In this document: positions 15,601-28,207 of the stretch, in pieces
How positions within the stretch are numbered: the first letter of the stretch is position 1
Layout: each line of letters opens with the position of its first letter
Source of the DNA: Candidatus Methylomirabilota bacterium
GTDB taxonomy: Bacteria > Methylomirabilota > Methylomirabilia > Rokubacteriales > CSP1-6
Assembly: GCA_036002345.1 (NCBI GenBank)
Contig: DASYTM010000034.1
Location: forward strand, 1 to 60,144
Length of the DNA stretch: 60,144 nucleotides
Direction of reading: 5' to 3'
The notes under the pieces: model-generated
Database searches by the model: none
Told to the model about the DNA's origin: nothing
What the model saw: only the letters and a program-made list of their open reading frames with translations
Program-made: the position numbers and the translations under genes

Positions 15601-16490
15601 GTCCCGCGGCCCCAGAGCATGCAGTAGCGCCGCAGCACGTAGGGCAGTCCCGTCTCGTAACCGGGGACGTTCGCGTACTTCGGCAGCTTCATCTCCTTCT
15701 CGACGCGGGCCCAGCAGCCGCCGGCCTGCGCCTCGGGCTTCACCGCCGCGGACGCGTCCTGGAGGATTCCGAGCATCGTCTGCACGTCGTCCTTGGTGCC
15801 AAGGCGCCCGTTCGGCTGTCCCGGATGTCCGGGGATGAGCCTGTCCCATTCCATCGCCATCACGCGCTTGAGCGACTCCTCCCACTCGATCGGATAGGCA
15901 TCGATGAACCCGAGGCCCGGGAACGTCCCCACGTTGATGAAGTCCACCGCGAACAGGATCTTCTCCTTGGGCAGGCGCATGACGATCGTGCTGTCGGAGT
16001 GGTTGAGGCCGACGTACGTCAGCTCGAGCGTCGTCTCGCCGAGCTTGAACGTCTTCTTCGTCCTCATCGTCTCGTCGGGCAGCACGGTGTTCGGGTCGTT
16101 GAGCAGAGCGAGCCGGTCCTTGGCGCGCTGGTGCGCGATGATCGTCGCGCCGGCGTCCTTGAAGGCCTTGCCGCCCGCGATGTGGTCGAAGTGATGGTGG
16201 CTGTAGATCAGGTACTTGATCGGCTGGTTCGTGACCTTCTTGATCTCGTCCACGTACGCTTGGCCGCCCGTCGGCCGCCCGTACGCGATGGGATCGGTGG
16301 CGATCACGCCCGCGGACGTGACGACGAACATCGACTGGTGGTTCCCGTTGCGGAAGACGTAGACGTTGTCCGTGCCCTCGACCTTGGTGGTCTCGATCGG
16401 GGGCCGGGTCGGCTGCTGGGCGCGGGCCACCACGCCGAGGAACAGGGCCACCAGGGCTGCGCCTGCGATCGCACAGGAGACGCGTCTCAT
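15597..16490 (-). CDS. Secreted MBL-fold metallo-hydrolase
   Basis: 297 aa. Signal peptide. YSHHHFDH zinc motif. AAGGAG SD. Confidence 0.85.
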   Translation of the reverse strand: MRRVSCAIAGAALVALFLGVVARAQQPTRPPIETTKVEGTDNVYVFRNGNHQSMFVVTSAGVIATDPIAYGRPTGGQAYVDEIKKVTNQPIKYLIYSHHHFDHIAGGKAFKDAGATIIAHQRAKDRLALLNDPNTVLPDETMRTKKTFKLGETTLELTYVGLNHSDSTIVMRLPKEKILFAVDFINVGTFPGLGFIDAYPIEWEESLKRVMAMEWDRLIPGHPGQPNGRLGTKDDVQTMLGILQDASAAVKPEAQAGGCWARVEKEMKLPKYANVPGYETGLPYVLRRYCMLWGRGT

Positions 16491-16573
16491 GGCTCGCTCC
16501 TTCCGGGGACGGCGCGTCGAAAAGGGTGCCCGGGAGGATAACCGGTGTAGGCTCCTGCGTCGAGGAGGAAGGC

Positions 16574-17455
16574 ATGAAGATCCGGATCGGCGTCGGCGCC
16601 GCCGCCGGCGCGTCCACGCCCGCCGCGCTCGGCGAGCTCGTCGCGAGCCTCGACGCGCTCGGCTTCGACTCGCTGTGGCTCTCGGAGGTGCTGACCGGCG
16701 CCGTGCCCGACCCGCTCGTCGGGCTCGCGTGGGCGGCGGCCAGCAACCCGCGGCTGAAGCTCGGCACGACCGCGCTCCTGCCCGGGCGCAACGTCGTGCG
16801 GCTCGCCAAGCAGCTCGCCACCCTCGACGTGCTGTCCAACGGCCGGCTGCTCGTGACGCTGGTGCCCGGGCTCACCTACGCGCCGGAGCGCGACGCGATC
16901 GGCGTCGAGCCCAAGCGCCGCGGCGCCGTCGTCGACGAGGCGCTGCCCATCTTGAGAGCGCTCTGGGCCGGCGAGACGGTCAGCCACGACGGGGCGCTCG
17001 GCCGCTTCGCCGACGTCAAGATCTCGCCCCTGCCCGTGCAGCAGCCGCTGGAAGTCTGGCTCGGCGGCAACGTGCCGGCGGCGCTCGAGCGCTGCGGGCG
17101 GCTCTCCGACGGCTGGCTGCCGTCGCTGTGCACGCCGGAGGAGGCCGCGGCCGGCCGCGTCGTCATCGAGGAGGCGGCGGCCAAGGCCGGGCGCGCGATC
17201 AGCGCCGAGCACTTCGGCATGAGCATCGGCTACGCGCGCGTGCCGCTCGATCCCGCCATCGAGCGCGCGATGGTGGCGCGCCGGCCGCGCTCGGTCGAGC
17301 TGACGCCGGTGGGGTACCCGGCGCTGCGCGCGCTCCTCGAGCGTTTCATCGCCGTCGGCTTCTCGAAGTTCGTCGTGCGCCCGGTGCAGACGCCCGCGTC
17401 CTGGCGCGCGGAGATGGAGGCTCTCGCCACGGCGGTGGGCGATCTCCAGACCTGA
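16574..17455 (+). CDS. LLM class F420-dependent oxidoreductase
   Basis: ATG at 16574 preceded by GAGGAGGAAGG. Reads MKIRIGVG...LGFDSLWLSEVL...LKLGTTALLPGRNVVRLAKQLATLDVLSNGRL. Confidence 0.85.
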   Translation: MKIRIGVGAAAGASTPAALGELVASLDALGFDSLWLSEVLTGAVPDPLVGLAWAAASNPRLKLGTTALLPGRNVVRLAKQLATLDVLSNGRLLVTLVPGLTYAPERDAIGVEPKRRGAVVDEALPILRALWAGETVSHDGALGRFADVKISPLPVQQPLEVWLGGNVPAALERCGRLSDGWLPSLCTPEEAAAGRVVIEEAAAKAGRAISAEHFGMSIGYARVPLDPAIERAMVARRPRSVELTPVGYPALRALLERFIAVGFSKFVVRPVQTPASWRAEMEALATAVGDLQT

Positions 17456-17480
17456 CGCCGCGCGCCGCGGCGCGCTCCTC

Positions 17481-20774
<3,294 letters not shown>

Positions 20775-20782
20775 GTTGCAGA

Positions 20783-20788
20783 AGTTTA
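20783..20788 (-). promoter_or_regulatory. -10-like TAAACT, 8 nt upstream of ATG 20774 (leaderless candidate)
   Basis: Minus strand reads GGTAAACTTCTGCAAC-ATG. No SD. Confidence 0.35.
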
Positions 20789-20813
20789 CCGCGGAGGCGA
20801 TCATTCCGTCAGC

Positions 20814-21779
20814 ATGATCCCCGTCATCGACGTGGGCCCGTACCTCACGGGGCGCCCGGGCGCGCTCGCGGCCACCGCCGCCGAGCTGGGGCGCGCCCTG
20901 CGGGACGTCGGCTTCTTCGTCATCGTGAACCACGGGGTCCCCGCCGCCCTCATCGACGGCACGTTCGCCGAGGCCCGCCGCTTCCACGCAGAGCCCTTGG
21001 ACGCCAAGCTGGCTCTGCGCATGAACGAGCACAACAACGGCTACATGATGCTGGGGCGCTACGCGGTGTGGACCTCCGACGTCAACGCCAACGACAAGCC
21101 CGATCTCAACGAGGCGTTCTTCGTCAAGCGCGAGCGCGGCCCCGACGATCCGCTCGCGCGCGCGGGACGGCGCTTCGCGGGGCCCAACCAGTGGCCGGAG
21201 GGCCTGCCGGGCTTTCGCGAGGCGGTGCTCGCCTACACCGACACCGTGGACGCGCTGGGCCGCCGGCTCCTGCCGCTCTGCGCGACGGCCCTCGACCTGC
21301 CCGCGGACACGTTCGACGCCGCCTTCGCCGAGAGCCAGTTCAGCTTCCGTCTCACCCACTACCCGCCCGTGGCGGCCGAGGCCAACCAGTTCGGCATCGC
21401 GCCCCACACCGACGCCAACTTCATGACCTTCCTCGCCCAGACCGAGGTGCCCGGGCTTCAAGTCAGGATGCCGGACGGCGCCTGGGTGGACGTGCCGTAC
21501 GTGCCCGGCTCCTTCGCGGTGAACTCCGGCGACATGATGCAGCGCTGGACGAATCATCGCTTCAAGTCCACGCCGCACCGCGCGCTGCCGCCCGTGGGCC
21601 GCCCGCGCTACGCGATCCCCTACTTCATGGGGCCGCATCTCGACACGGAGATCGCGTGCCTGCCCACGTGCCAGGGGCCCGACGCGCCGGCGCGGTATCC
21701 GCCCATCACCTATGCGGCGTACCTCGAGTGGTGGTACGACGCCAACTACAACGCGGCCCGCCAGCGCGACGTGGCCTGA
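20814..21779 (+). CDS. Isopenicillin N synthase-like 2OG-Fe(II) oxygenase
   Basis: MIPVIDVGPYL opening, then GFFVIVNHGVP, HYPP...GIAPHTDANFMTFL and FKSTPHRA (H-x-D...H, R-x-S-like). Confidence 0.85.
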   Translation: MIPVIDVGPYLTGRPGALAATAAELGRALRDVGFFVIVNHGVPAALIDGTFAEARRFHAEPLDAKLALRMNEHNNGYMMLGRYAVWTSDVNANDKPDLNEAFFVKRERGPDDPLARAGRRFAGPNQWPEGLPGFREAVLAYTDTVDALGRRLLPLCATALDLPADTFDAAFAESQFSFRLTHYPPVAAEANQFGIAPHTDANFMTFLAQTEVPGLQVRMPDGAWVDVPYVPGSFAVNSGDMMQRWTNHRFKSTPHRALPPVGRPRYAIPYFMGPHLDTEIACLPTCQGPDAPARYPPITYAAYLEWWYDANYNAARQRDVA

Positions 21780-21781
21780 GC

Positions 21782-22828
21782 ATGCACTTCGGACTGTTCG
21801 TGGAGGAGATGCGGCAAGGGGTCAGCCAGCCGGCGGCCTTCCGCGACGTCTTCGACCTGGCCGACCGCGCCGACGAATGGGGCATGGACTGCGTCTGGCT
21901 CGGCGAGATCCACTTCACGCCCACGCGCTCGGTGATCTCCGCCTCGCTCCAGGTGGCGAGCGCCATCGCGGCCCGGACCAAGCGTGTCCGCGTCGGCACC
22001 GCCGTCCAGGTCCTGCCCCTGAACCATCCGCTGCGCATCGCCGAAGAGGTGGCGACGGTCGATCACATCAGCCAGGGGCGCTTCGAGTTCGGCATCGGGC
22101 GCAGCGGCGTGGTCCGGACCTACGACATCTACGGCGTGCCGTACGGCGAGAGCCAGGCGCGCTTCCGCGAGGCGCTGGAGATCATCCGCCAGGGGTGGAA
22201 GGGCGAGCCGTTCGACTACGAGGGCCAGTTCTATCGCGTGAAGAACGCCATCGTGACCCCGCGCCCGTACCAGGACCCGCATCCGCCGATCCGCATGGCG
22301 ACCACGAGCGACGAGACGTTCCCCGCCGCCGGCGCGATGGGGCTGCCGATCTTCGTCGGCCTGCGCACCACGGAGATCCCGGACTTGCAGGCGCAGCTCG
22401 CGCCGTACCGTCAGGCGTGGCGCGAGGCCGGCCATCCCGGCCAGCCCAGCGTCTACCTGAGGATCCCCGTCTACGTCTCGCCCACCGCGCGCGGCGCGGT
22501 GGAAGAGCCGCGCGCGAGCCTGACCGCGTTCTTCGCGCGGCAGACCGAGCTGGCGCGCGCCGCCGTCGGCCGCGCGGGCGCCGGGCCCGCCGACCGCCGC
22601 CGCATGCAGGCCGAGCGCATGGCGAGCCTGACCTACGACGACATCCTCGCCAGGAAGGTCGCGTTCGGGACGCCGGCGGGCGTGATCGAGCGCCTGAACC
22701 ACCTGCGGGACGAGCTGGGCCTCGACGGCATCGTCGCCGAGCTGAATCCCGGCGGGCTCATCCCGCCGGAGCTGGAGACGCAAAGCCTCCGGCTCCTCAC
22801 CCACGACGTGCTGCCGGTGTTCCGGTGA
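21782..22828 (+). CDS. LLM class flavin-dependent oxidoreductase
   Basis: MHFGLFVEE opening, then GMDCVWLGEIHF and RVRVGTAVQVLPLNHPLRIAEEVATVDHISQGRFEFGIG. Confidence 0.85.
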   Translation: MHFGLFVEEMRQGVSQPAAFRDVFDLADRADEWGMDCVWLGEIHFTPTRSVISASLQVASAIAARTKRVRVGTAVQVLPLNHPLRIAEEVATVDHISQGRFEFGIGRSGVVRTYDIYGVPYGESQARFREALEIIRQGWKGEPFDYEGQFYRVKNAIVTPRPYQDPHPPIRMATTSDETFPAAGAMGLPIFVGLRTTEIPDLQAQLAPYRQAWREAGHPGQPSVYLRIPVYVSPTARGAVEEPRASLTAFFARQTELARAAVGRAGAGPADRRRMQAERMASLTYDDILARKVAFGTPAGVIERLNHLRDELGLDGIVAELNPGGLIPPELETQSLRLLTHDVLPVFR

Positions 22829-23982
22829 TGCTGATCCTCTCGTCCGACTCGCACGTCTTCGAGCCGCCCGACCTCTGGGCCAAGCGGATCGACGCGGCGT
22901 TCCGCGACCGCGCGCCGCGCCTCGTGCGGATCGACGGCGCCGACCAGATCGTGATCGAGAAGGACCAGGTCCTCTCCGGCATCGGCCTCATCTCGAACGC
23001 GGGCGCGCGGTTCGAGGCGCCGGAAACGATCTCGGGGCGCGCGCGCTTCGAGGACGTTCACCGCGGCGGCTGGGATCCCGAGCAGCACCTGGCCGACATG
23101 CGGCTCGACGGCGTGGCCGGCGAGGTGCTCTACCCGTCGCAGGGGCTCTTCTACTTCCGGGTCGCCGACTCCGCGTTGCAGGCGGCGATCTTCCGCGCCT
23201 ACAACGACTGGCTCGCCGAGTTCTGCAGTGTAGATCCCGCCCGGCTCAAGGGCATCGCGATGATCAGCATGGACGACGTGCCGGCCGCGATCCGCGAGCT
23301 CGAGCGCACGGCGCGGCTCGGCCTCGCCGGCGCCATGATCACGGAGTACCCCCTCGAGGACCGGCGCTACGACCAGCCCGAGTACGAGCCGTTCTGGGCC
23401 GCCGCGGAATCACTGGCCATGCCGCTCTCGCTGCACACGGCCACGCGGCGCCAGGGCCGCATCCGCGGCGCGCCGGGGCAGACGCTCCGCGACGCCTCGA
23501 GCCGCGCGACCAAGATGATCGGCCCCGCCGTCTCGCTGTGCGACATGATCTTCTCGGGCGTGTTCGAGCGCCATCCGCGGCTGACGCTGGCCATCGTGGA
23601 GTTCGAGCTGTCGTGGGCGCCACACCTGCTCGACACGATGGACTACACGTACCGCGAGCGCCACGAGGAGGCGATCTACCGCTTCAAGGACGCGATGCGG
23701 CCGAGCGACTTCTTCCACAAGAACGTCGTGCTGAGCTTCCAGGAGGACGCCCTCGGCATCCGCCTGCGTGACGTGATCGGCGTGGACAACATGATGTGGG
23801 GGTCGGACTATCCCCACAGCGAGTCCACCTTCCCGCAGTCGCGGAAGATCCTCGCCGAGATCCTGGCCGGCGTGCCCGAGGGCGAGCAGGCCAGGATCGT
23901 CGGCGCCAACACCGCGCGCGTCTACCGCTTCGACGCGCCGCGGCTCGCCCTTATGCCGGATCGATCCCCACGATCTCGTTGA
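22828..23982 (+). CDS. Amidohydrolase_2 family protein
   Basis: MLILSSDSHVFEP opening, then YNDWLAEFC and MWGSDYPHSEST. TGATG overlap with the preceding LLM gene. Confidence 0.85.
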   Translation: MLILSSDSHVFEPPDLWAKRIDAAFRDRAPRLVRIDGADQIVIEKDQVLSGIGLISNAGARFEAPETISGRARFEDVHRGGWDPEQHLADMRLDGVAGEVLYPSQGLFYFRVADSALQAAIFRAYNDWLAEFCSVDPARLKGIAMISMDDVPAAIRELERTARLGLAGAMITEYPLEDRRYDQPEYEPFWAAAESLAMPLSLHTATRRQGRIRGAPGQTLRDASSRATKMIGPAVSLCDMIFSGVFERHPRLTLAIVEFELSWAPHLLDTMDYTYRERHEEAIYRFKDAMRPSDFFHKNVVLSFQEDALGIRLRDVIGVDNMMWGSDYPHSESTFPQSRKILAEILAGVPEGEQARIVGANTARVYRFDAPRLALMPDRSPRSR

Positions 23983-24469
23983 ACCGGCCCCACCCGATGT
24001 AGAGCGTCGTGTGCGCGACGAGCTCGATGATCTCCGCCTCGGAGAAGTGGCCGCGCAGCTCGGACCAGAGCGCCTCGTCCACCTTCTGGTGATCCACGGC
24101 GAGCTTCTCCGCGAATCGGATGGCGACCCGCTCGCGCGGGCTCAGGAGATCCGAGGACTCGTCGTTGATCGCCGCGATCTTCTCTTCCGTCGCGCCTGCA
24201 TGCCGGGCCCCGGCATAGCGGACGGTGAGTCAGTAGCGGCAGGCGTTGAGCCCGGCGATCTTGATCCTCACCAGTTCGCGCAGCACCGGGTCGATGGTGC
24301 CCTCGCGCGCCAGCGCGCCGCGGTAGGCCGCCAGTGCCTTGAACACGGCGGGATTCTTCGCGTAGGTCCGTGGTCCCGTCGAGGTCCCCGTCTGCTTTAG
24401 GGCGTCCTCGCAGAGATGGCGGACTTCGGGGTCGACCTGCTCGATCGGCAAAGGCGTGATCCTCGCCAT
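23951..24469 (-). CDS. Carboxymuconolactone decarboxylase/AhpD-like family protein, probable selenoprotein (UGA at 24230-24232 read as Sec, CxxU)
   Basis: ORF 24230-24469 ends ...RIKIAGLNACRY-TGA. The same frame continues LTVRYAGARHAGATEEKIAAINDESSDLLSPRERVAIRFAEKLAVDHQKVDEALWSELRGHFSEAEIIELVAHTTLYIGWGRFNEIVGIDPA-TAA (23951-23953), which is typical CMD-domain sequence. The TGA sits where the family has the second Cys of C-x-x-C. AAGGAG SD upstream. Confidence 0.7.
24194..24223 (-). promoter_or_regulatory. SECIS-like stem-loop downstream of the in-frame UGA
   Basis: On the mRNA: UGA-N13-AUGCCGG-GGC-CCGGCAU (perfect 7-bp stem, 24200-24216). It can be extended by further G-C pairs with a bulged U. 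Apical-loop G residues lie 21-22 nt after the UGA. Confidence 0.5.
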
Positions 24470-24482
24470 CGGCGTCTCCTTC

Positions 24483-24869
24483 TCAGCTCGGGATGCAGGC
24501 GGTCACGGTGATCTCGATGAGCAGATCGGGCGAGTTCAGCGTCGCCACGGTCACCGTCGTCCGCGCCGGCTTGTTCGTCGGGAAATACTTCGCGTACTCC
24601 TCGTTGTAGGCGGCGAGGTCCTGCACGCGCGTCAGGTACGTCGTCGCCGTCATCACGTTGTCGAGCGACGTGCCCGCCGCGGTCAGGATCGCCTTGATGC
24701 GCTCCAGGATGTTGCGCGTCTGCTCGCGGATGTCCTTGCCGACCTCGCCCGAGACGGGATGGCGTCCCGTCTGGCCGGAGACGAACACGAGGTTGCCGAA
24801 GCGCGTGGCCGGCGACAGGTTGGGGTTGGGCTTGGCGGCATCGACTCCGATGACCTCTTTCTTGGGCAT
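24483..24869 (-). CDS. RidA/YjgF family reactive-intermediate deaminase
   Basis: 128 aa. Reads PATRFGNLVFVSGQTG...TTYLTRVQDLAAYNEEY...PARTTV...IEITVTA. Confidence 0.9.
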   Translation of the reverse strand: MPKKEVIGVDAAKPNPNLSPATRFGNLVFVSGQTGRHPVSGEVGKDIREQTRNILERIKAILTAAGTSLDNVMTATTYLTRVQDLAAYNEEYAKYFPTNKPARTTVTVATLNSPDLLIEITVTACIPS

Positions 24870-24908
24870 GGGTCACCTCACGGAGGGGGAGTATAGTCCT
24901 GACCCATG
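24867..24908. repeat. 9-bp perfect inverted repeat CATGGGTCA-N24-TGACCCATG containing both divergent start codons
   Basis: Read directly. The arms cover the RidA start (24867-24869) and the start of the tandem-barrel gene (24906-24908). Confidence 0.6.
24892..24897 (+). promoter_or_regulatory. -10-like TATAGT, 8 nt upstream of ATG 24906 (leaderless candidate)
   Basis: TATAGTCCTGACCC-ATG. Confidence 0.35.
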
Positions 24909-25535
24909 GCGAAAGGGATCCTGATCGCGGCGATGAAGATCGGCCGCGCGGCCGAGGACGAGTTCCACGACTGGTACGACACCGAGCACCTGCCCGAGCG
25001 CCAGCGCGTGCCGGGCTTTCTGCTCTGCGAGCGCTGGCTCGGCGCCGAAGACCGCACGGTCTCCGTCGCCACCTACGACCTCGCGACGCTCTCGGTCATG
25101 CAGAGCCCGGGCTACCTGGCCATCGGCGGCGAGAACCTCTCGCCGTGGTCCAAGCGCGTGACGGCGAAGGTCGAGCGGCTGATGCGCTTCGAGGGCGAGC
25201 AGATCCTGCCCGGCGACGCGCTGCCGCCCGCGGGCGCCGGCGGGCTCCTGCTCAACGCGATGAGCATCGCGCCCGCGCTGGAGGCCGAGTTCAACGAGTG
25301 GTACGACAAGGAGCACATTCCCGCCCTGGCCGCCGTGCCCGGCGTGCTCAGCGCGCGCCGCTTCCGGGGCACGGGCAACCGCAAGTACGTGGCGCTCTAT
25401 CATCTCGAGCGTCCGGACGTCGTGGCGTCCGAGGAGTGGAAGAAGGCGCGGACGAGCGACTGGACGAGCCGGCTCCAGCCGCAGTTCCGCGACCACCTGC
25501 GCCTGGTGCTCCGCCGCTACGCGCGCGGCCGGTAG
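24906..25535 (+). CDS. Tandem-repeat ferredoxin-like (dimeric alpha/beta-barrel, EthD/DUF4286-like) protein
   Basis: 209 aa with two internal repeats, each carrying EDEFHDWYDTEHLPERQRVPG or EAEFNEWYDKEHIPALAAVPG. The family assignment is tentative. Confidence 0.65.
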   Translation: MAKGILIAAMKIGRAAEDEFHDWYDTEHLPERQRVPGFLLCERWLGAEDRTVSVATYDLATLSVMQSPGYLAIGGENLSPWSKRVTAKVERLMRFEGEQILPGDALPPAGAGGLLLNAMSIAPALEAEFNEWYDKEHIPALAAVPGVLSARRFRGTGNRKYVALYHLERPDVVASEEWKKARTSDWTSRLQPQFRDHLRLVLRRYARGR

Positions 25536-25578
25536 GGGACCGGCGGGCGCGCGGTAGCGCCGGCTTCGCTCGAGCCGC

Positions 25579-26652
25579 TCACTTCCACTCGCGCGCCATC
25601 TTCCGGATGCGCTCCTTGTCGTAGCCGTTGCAGTCGTCGACCAGCTCGTTGGTGATGAAGCCCTTGAGGTCCTGCGGCTTCTCCAGCGCGCCCTGGGCCG
25701 CCGTCTTGCCGGTGATGAGGAAGTCCTGGTAGGCCTCCCACGCCTCGATGCTGTTCGTGCCGAACTCGCCCTTCGCGAACGCCGGCGCCGGCGACTTCGT
25801 GAGGTCGAGCATCGTGTCGAGCAGCGCGCGCCCGAACTTCGGATCGACGTACTCCGCGGGCGAGATCTTCGTGAGGATCGCCTGCGCCGCCGCGGGATTG
25901 GTGTGGGTGAAGAGCGTGGCCTTGGCGAGGCCGCGGCAGAGGGCCACCACCATCTTGCGCTGCCCCTCGAACACCTCCTGGCGCATCACGAGGATCTGCG
26001 ACTGGAACTTCGAGGTCTGAGGAATCACGATCTCGCGGATGTTGGGCTCGTTGTAGCGCAACGCCACGATGTCCTGGAAGCCGGACATGTAGGCGCCCAC
26101 CCGTCCGCTCCGCAGCGCCTGCAGCGCGGAGGCCGGCGACTCGCCCACGGGCAGCAGCGCGACGTCCTTGCCTTCCGTGAGCCCGGCGCGCGCCAGCACC
26201 CCGCGCGCGATGGCGACCTCGCCGCCGGTGAACTCGCTGATGCCCAGCGCGCCGCCGCGAAGGTCCTCGACCTTCTGAACCTTGCTGCCGCCCAGCGTGA
26301 TCATCGGAAAGACGTCCTTGTAGAAGATCGTGTAGACGCCCTTCAGCTTGGCGCCCGCCTGCATGGCCATGAGGATCGCGCCCGGCGAGCCCTGCCCGAT
26401 GTCGACCTGCCGGGCGATGACCTGCCGGATCATGGCGCCGCTGCCCGAGCCCGGCAGCACCTCGATGTCGAAGCCCTCTTCCTTGAAGAAGCCGAGGTGC
26501 TCGGCGAGGGTGGCCGGGTAGTGCGGCGTGCCCTTCTTCGACGAGAGCATGTACTTCACCTTCGGGGGCGCCTGCGCGTCCGCGAGCGGCGCGGCCGTCA
26601 CACCCACGAGCGCCGCGACCAGCAGGGCCGCCGTCCATGTCATCCGTCGCAT
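25579..26652 (-). CDS. ABC transporter substrate-binding protein (NMT1/nitrate-sulfonate-taurine type)
   Basis: Start at M26 of ORF 25579-26727 (GAGGGAGGAG SD). Signal peptide MRRMTWTAALLVAALVGVTAAPLADA. Last gene of the ABC operon. Confidence 0.85.
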   Translation of the reverse strand: MRRMTWTAALLVAALVGVTAAPLADAQAPPKVKYMLSSKKGTPHYPATLAEHLGFFKEEGFDIEVLPGSGSGAMIRQVIARQVDIGQGSPGAILMAMQAGAKLKGVYTIFYKDVFPMITLGGSKVQKVEDLRGGALGISEFTGGEVAIARGVLARAGLTEGKDVALLPVGESPASALQALRSGRVGAYMSGFQDIVALRYNEPNIREIVIPQTSKFQSQILVMRQEVFEGQRKMVVALCRGLAKATLFTHTNPAAAQAILTKISPAEYVDPKFGRALLDTMLDLTKSPAPAFAKGEFGTNSIEAWEAYQDFLITGKTAAQGALEKPQDLKGFITNELVDDCNGYDKERIRKMAREWK

Positions 26653-26665
26653 GACGTCTCCTCCC

Positions 26666-27446
26666 TCACAGGCCCTGCTCGCGGCGCCAGAAGACGATCC
26701 GGCGATCGAGCCAGTCGAGGCCCGCATAGAGCACGATCCCCACCACCGAGATGATCACGATGACCGCGAACACGAGGTGCATCTGGAGCGCGAAGGTGAA
26801 GGTCTCCAGCATCAGGCCGAGGCCGTGGTAGGTCCCCACGAACTCCGCCACGATGGCGCCGATGAGCGCGAAGGTGAACGCGGTCTTGAGCCCGGCGAAG
26901 ATGAAGGGCAGCGCCTTGGGCAGCGTGAGCTTCCAGAAGATCTGAAAGCGCCCCGCCACGTAGGAGCGCATCAGCATCACCTCGTCCTCCTCGATGGCGC
27001 GCAGGCCCACCGCGGTGTTGATGAGACACGGGAAGAACGCGATCACGGCGGCCAGCACCACCTTGGACTCGATCCCGTACCCGAACCAGGCAAGGAAGAT
27101 CGGCGCGAACACCACCTTGGGGATCACCTGGAAGGCGACCACGTACGGATAGATGGCGCGCCGGAACAGCTCGAAGGTGCCGGTGAGGATCCCGATGCCG
27201 ATGCCGCCCGCCGCCGCCAGCACGAATCCCAGCAGCACCTCCAGGAGCGTCGTGCCCAGCTCGCGCGCGAAGCCCTCGAGCGTGACGACCGTCCACACGC
27301 CCGCCGCGATGCGCGTGGGCGCGGGCAGGATGATCTCGTGCACGAACTCCCAGCGGTTCAGGGCCTCCCAGACGGCGAGGGTGGCCACGAGGAAGGTCAG
27401 CGACAGCACGTGCTCGGCGCGCAGGCGCCGGGCGCGCGTGGCGGGC

Positions 27447-27469
<23 letters not shown>
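26666..27469 (-). CDS. ABC transporter permease (NitT/TauT family)
   Basis: 267 aa, 6 TM helices, EAA-like loop (MRSYVAGRFQIFWKLTLPKALP). Confidence 0.9.
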
Positions 27470-28202
<733 letters not shown>

Positions 28203-28207
28203 GCGGC

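Noticed and set aside
20775-20804. Longer N-terminal starts from the ORF track, such as 20804 for TfdA, 18295 for the BVMO, 13183 for the peptidase, 14015 for YbaK and 49418 for UbiD
   Set aside because: The downstream starts are better supported by SD spacing, by the TAnnnT-N8 pattern, or by avoiding long gene overlaps. The longer forms remain possible.
25540-25563. Hairpin CCGGCG-N12-CGCCGG between convergent genes as a terminator
   Set aside because: The stem is short, the loop is large and there is no U-tract. It cannot be distinguished from chance GC palindromes.
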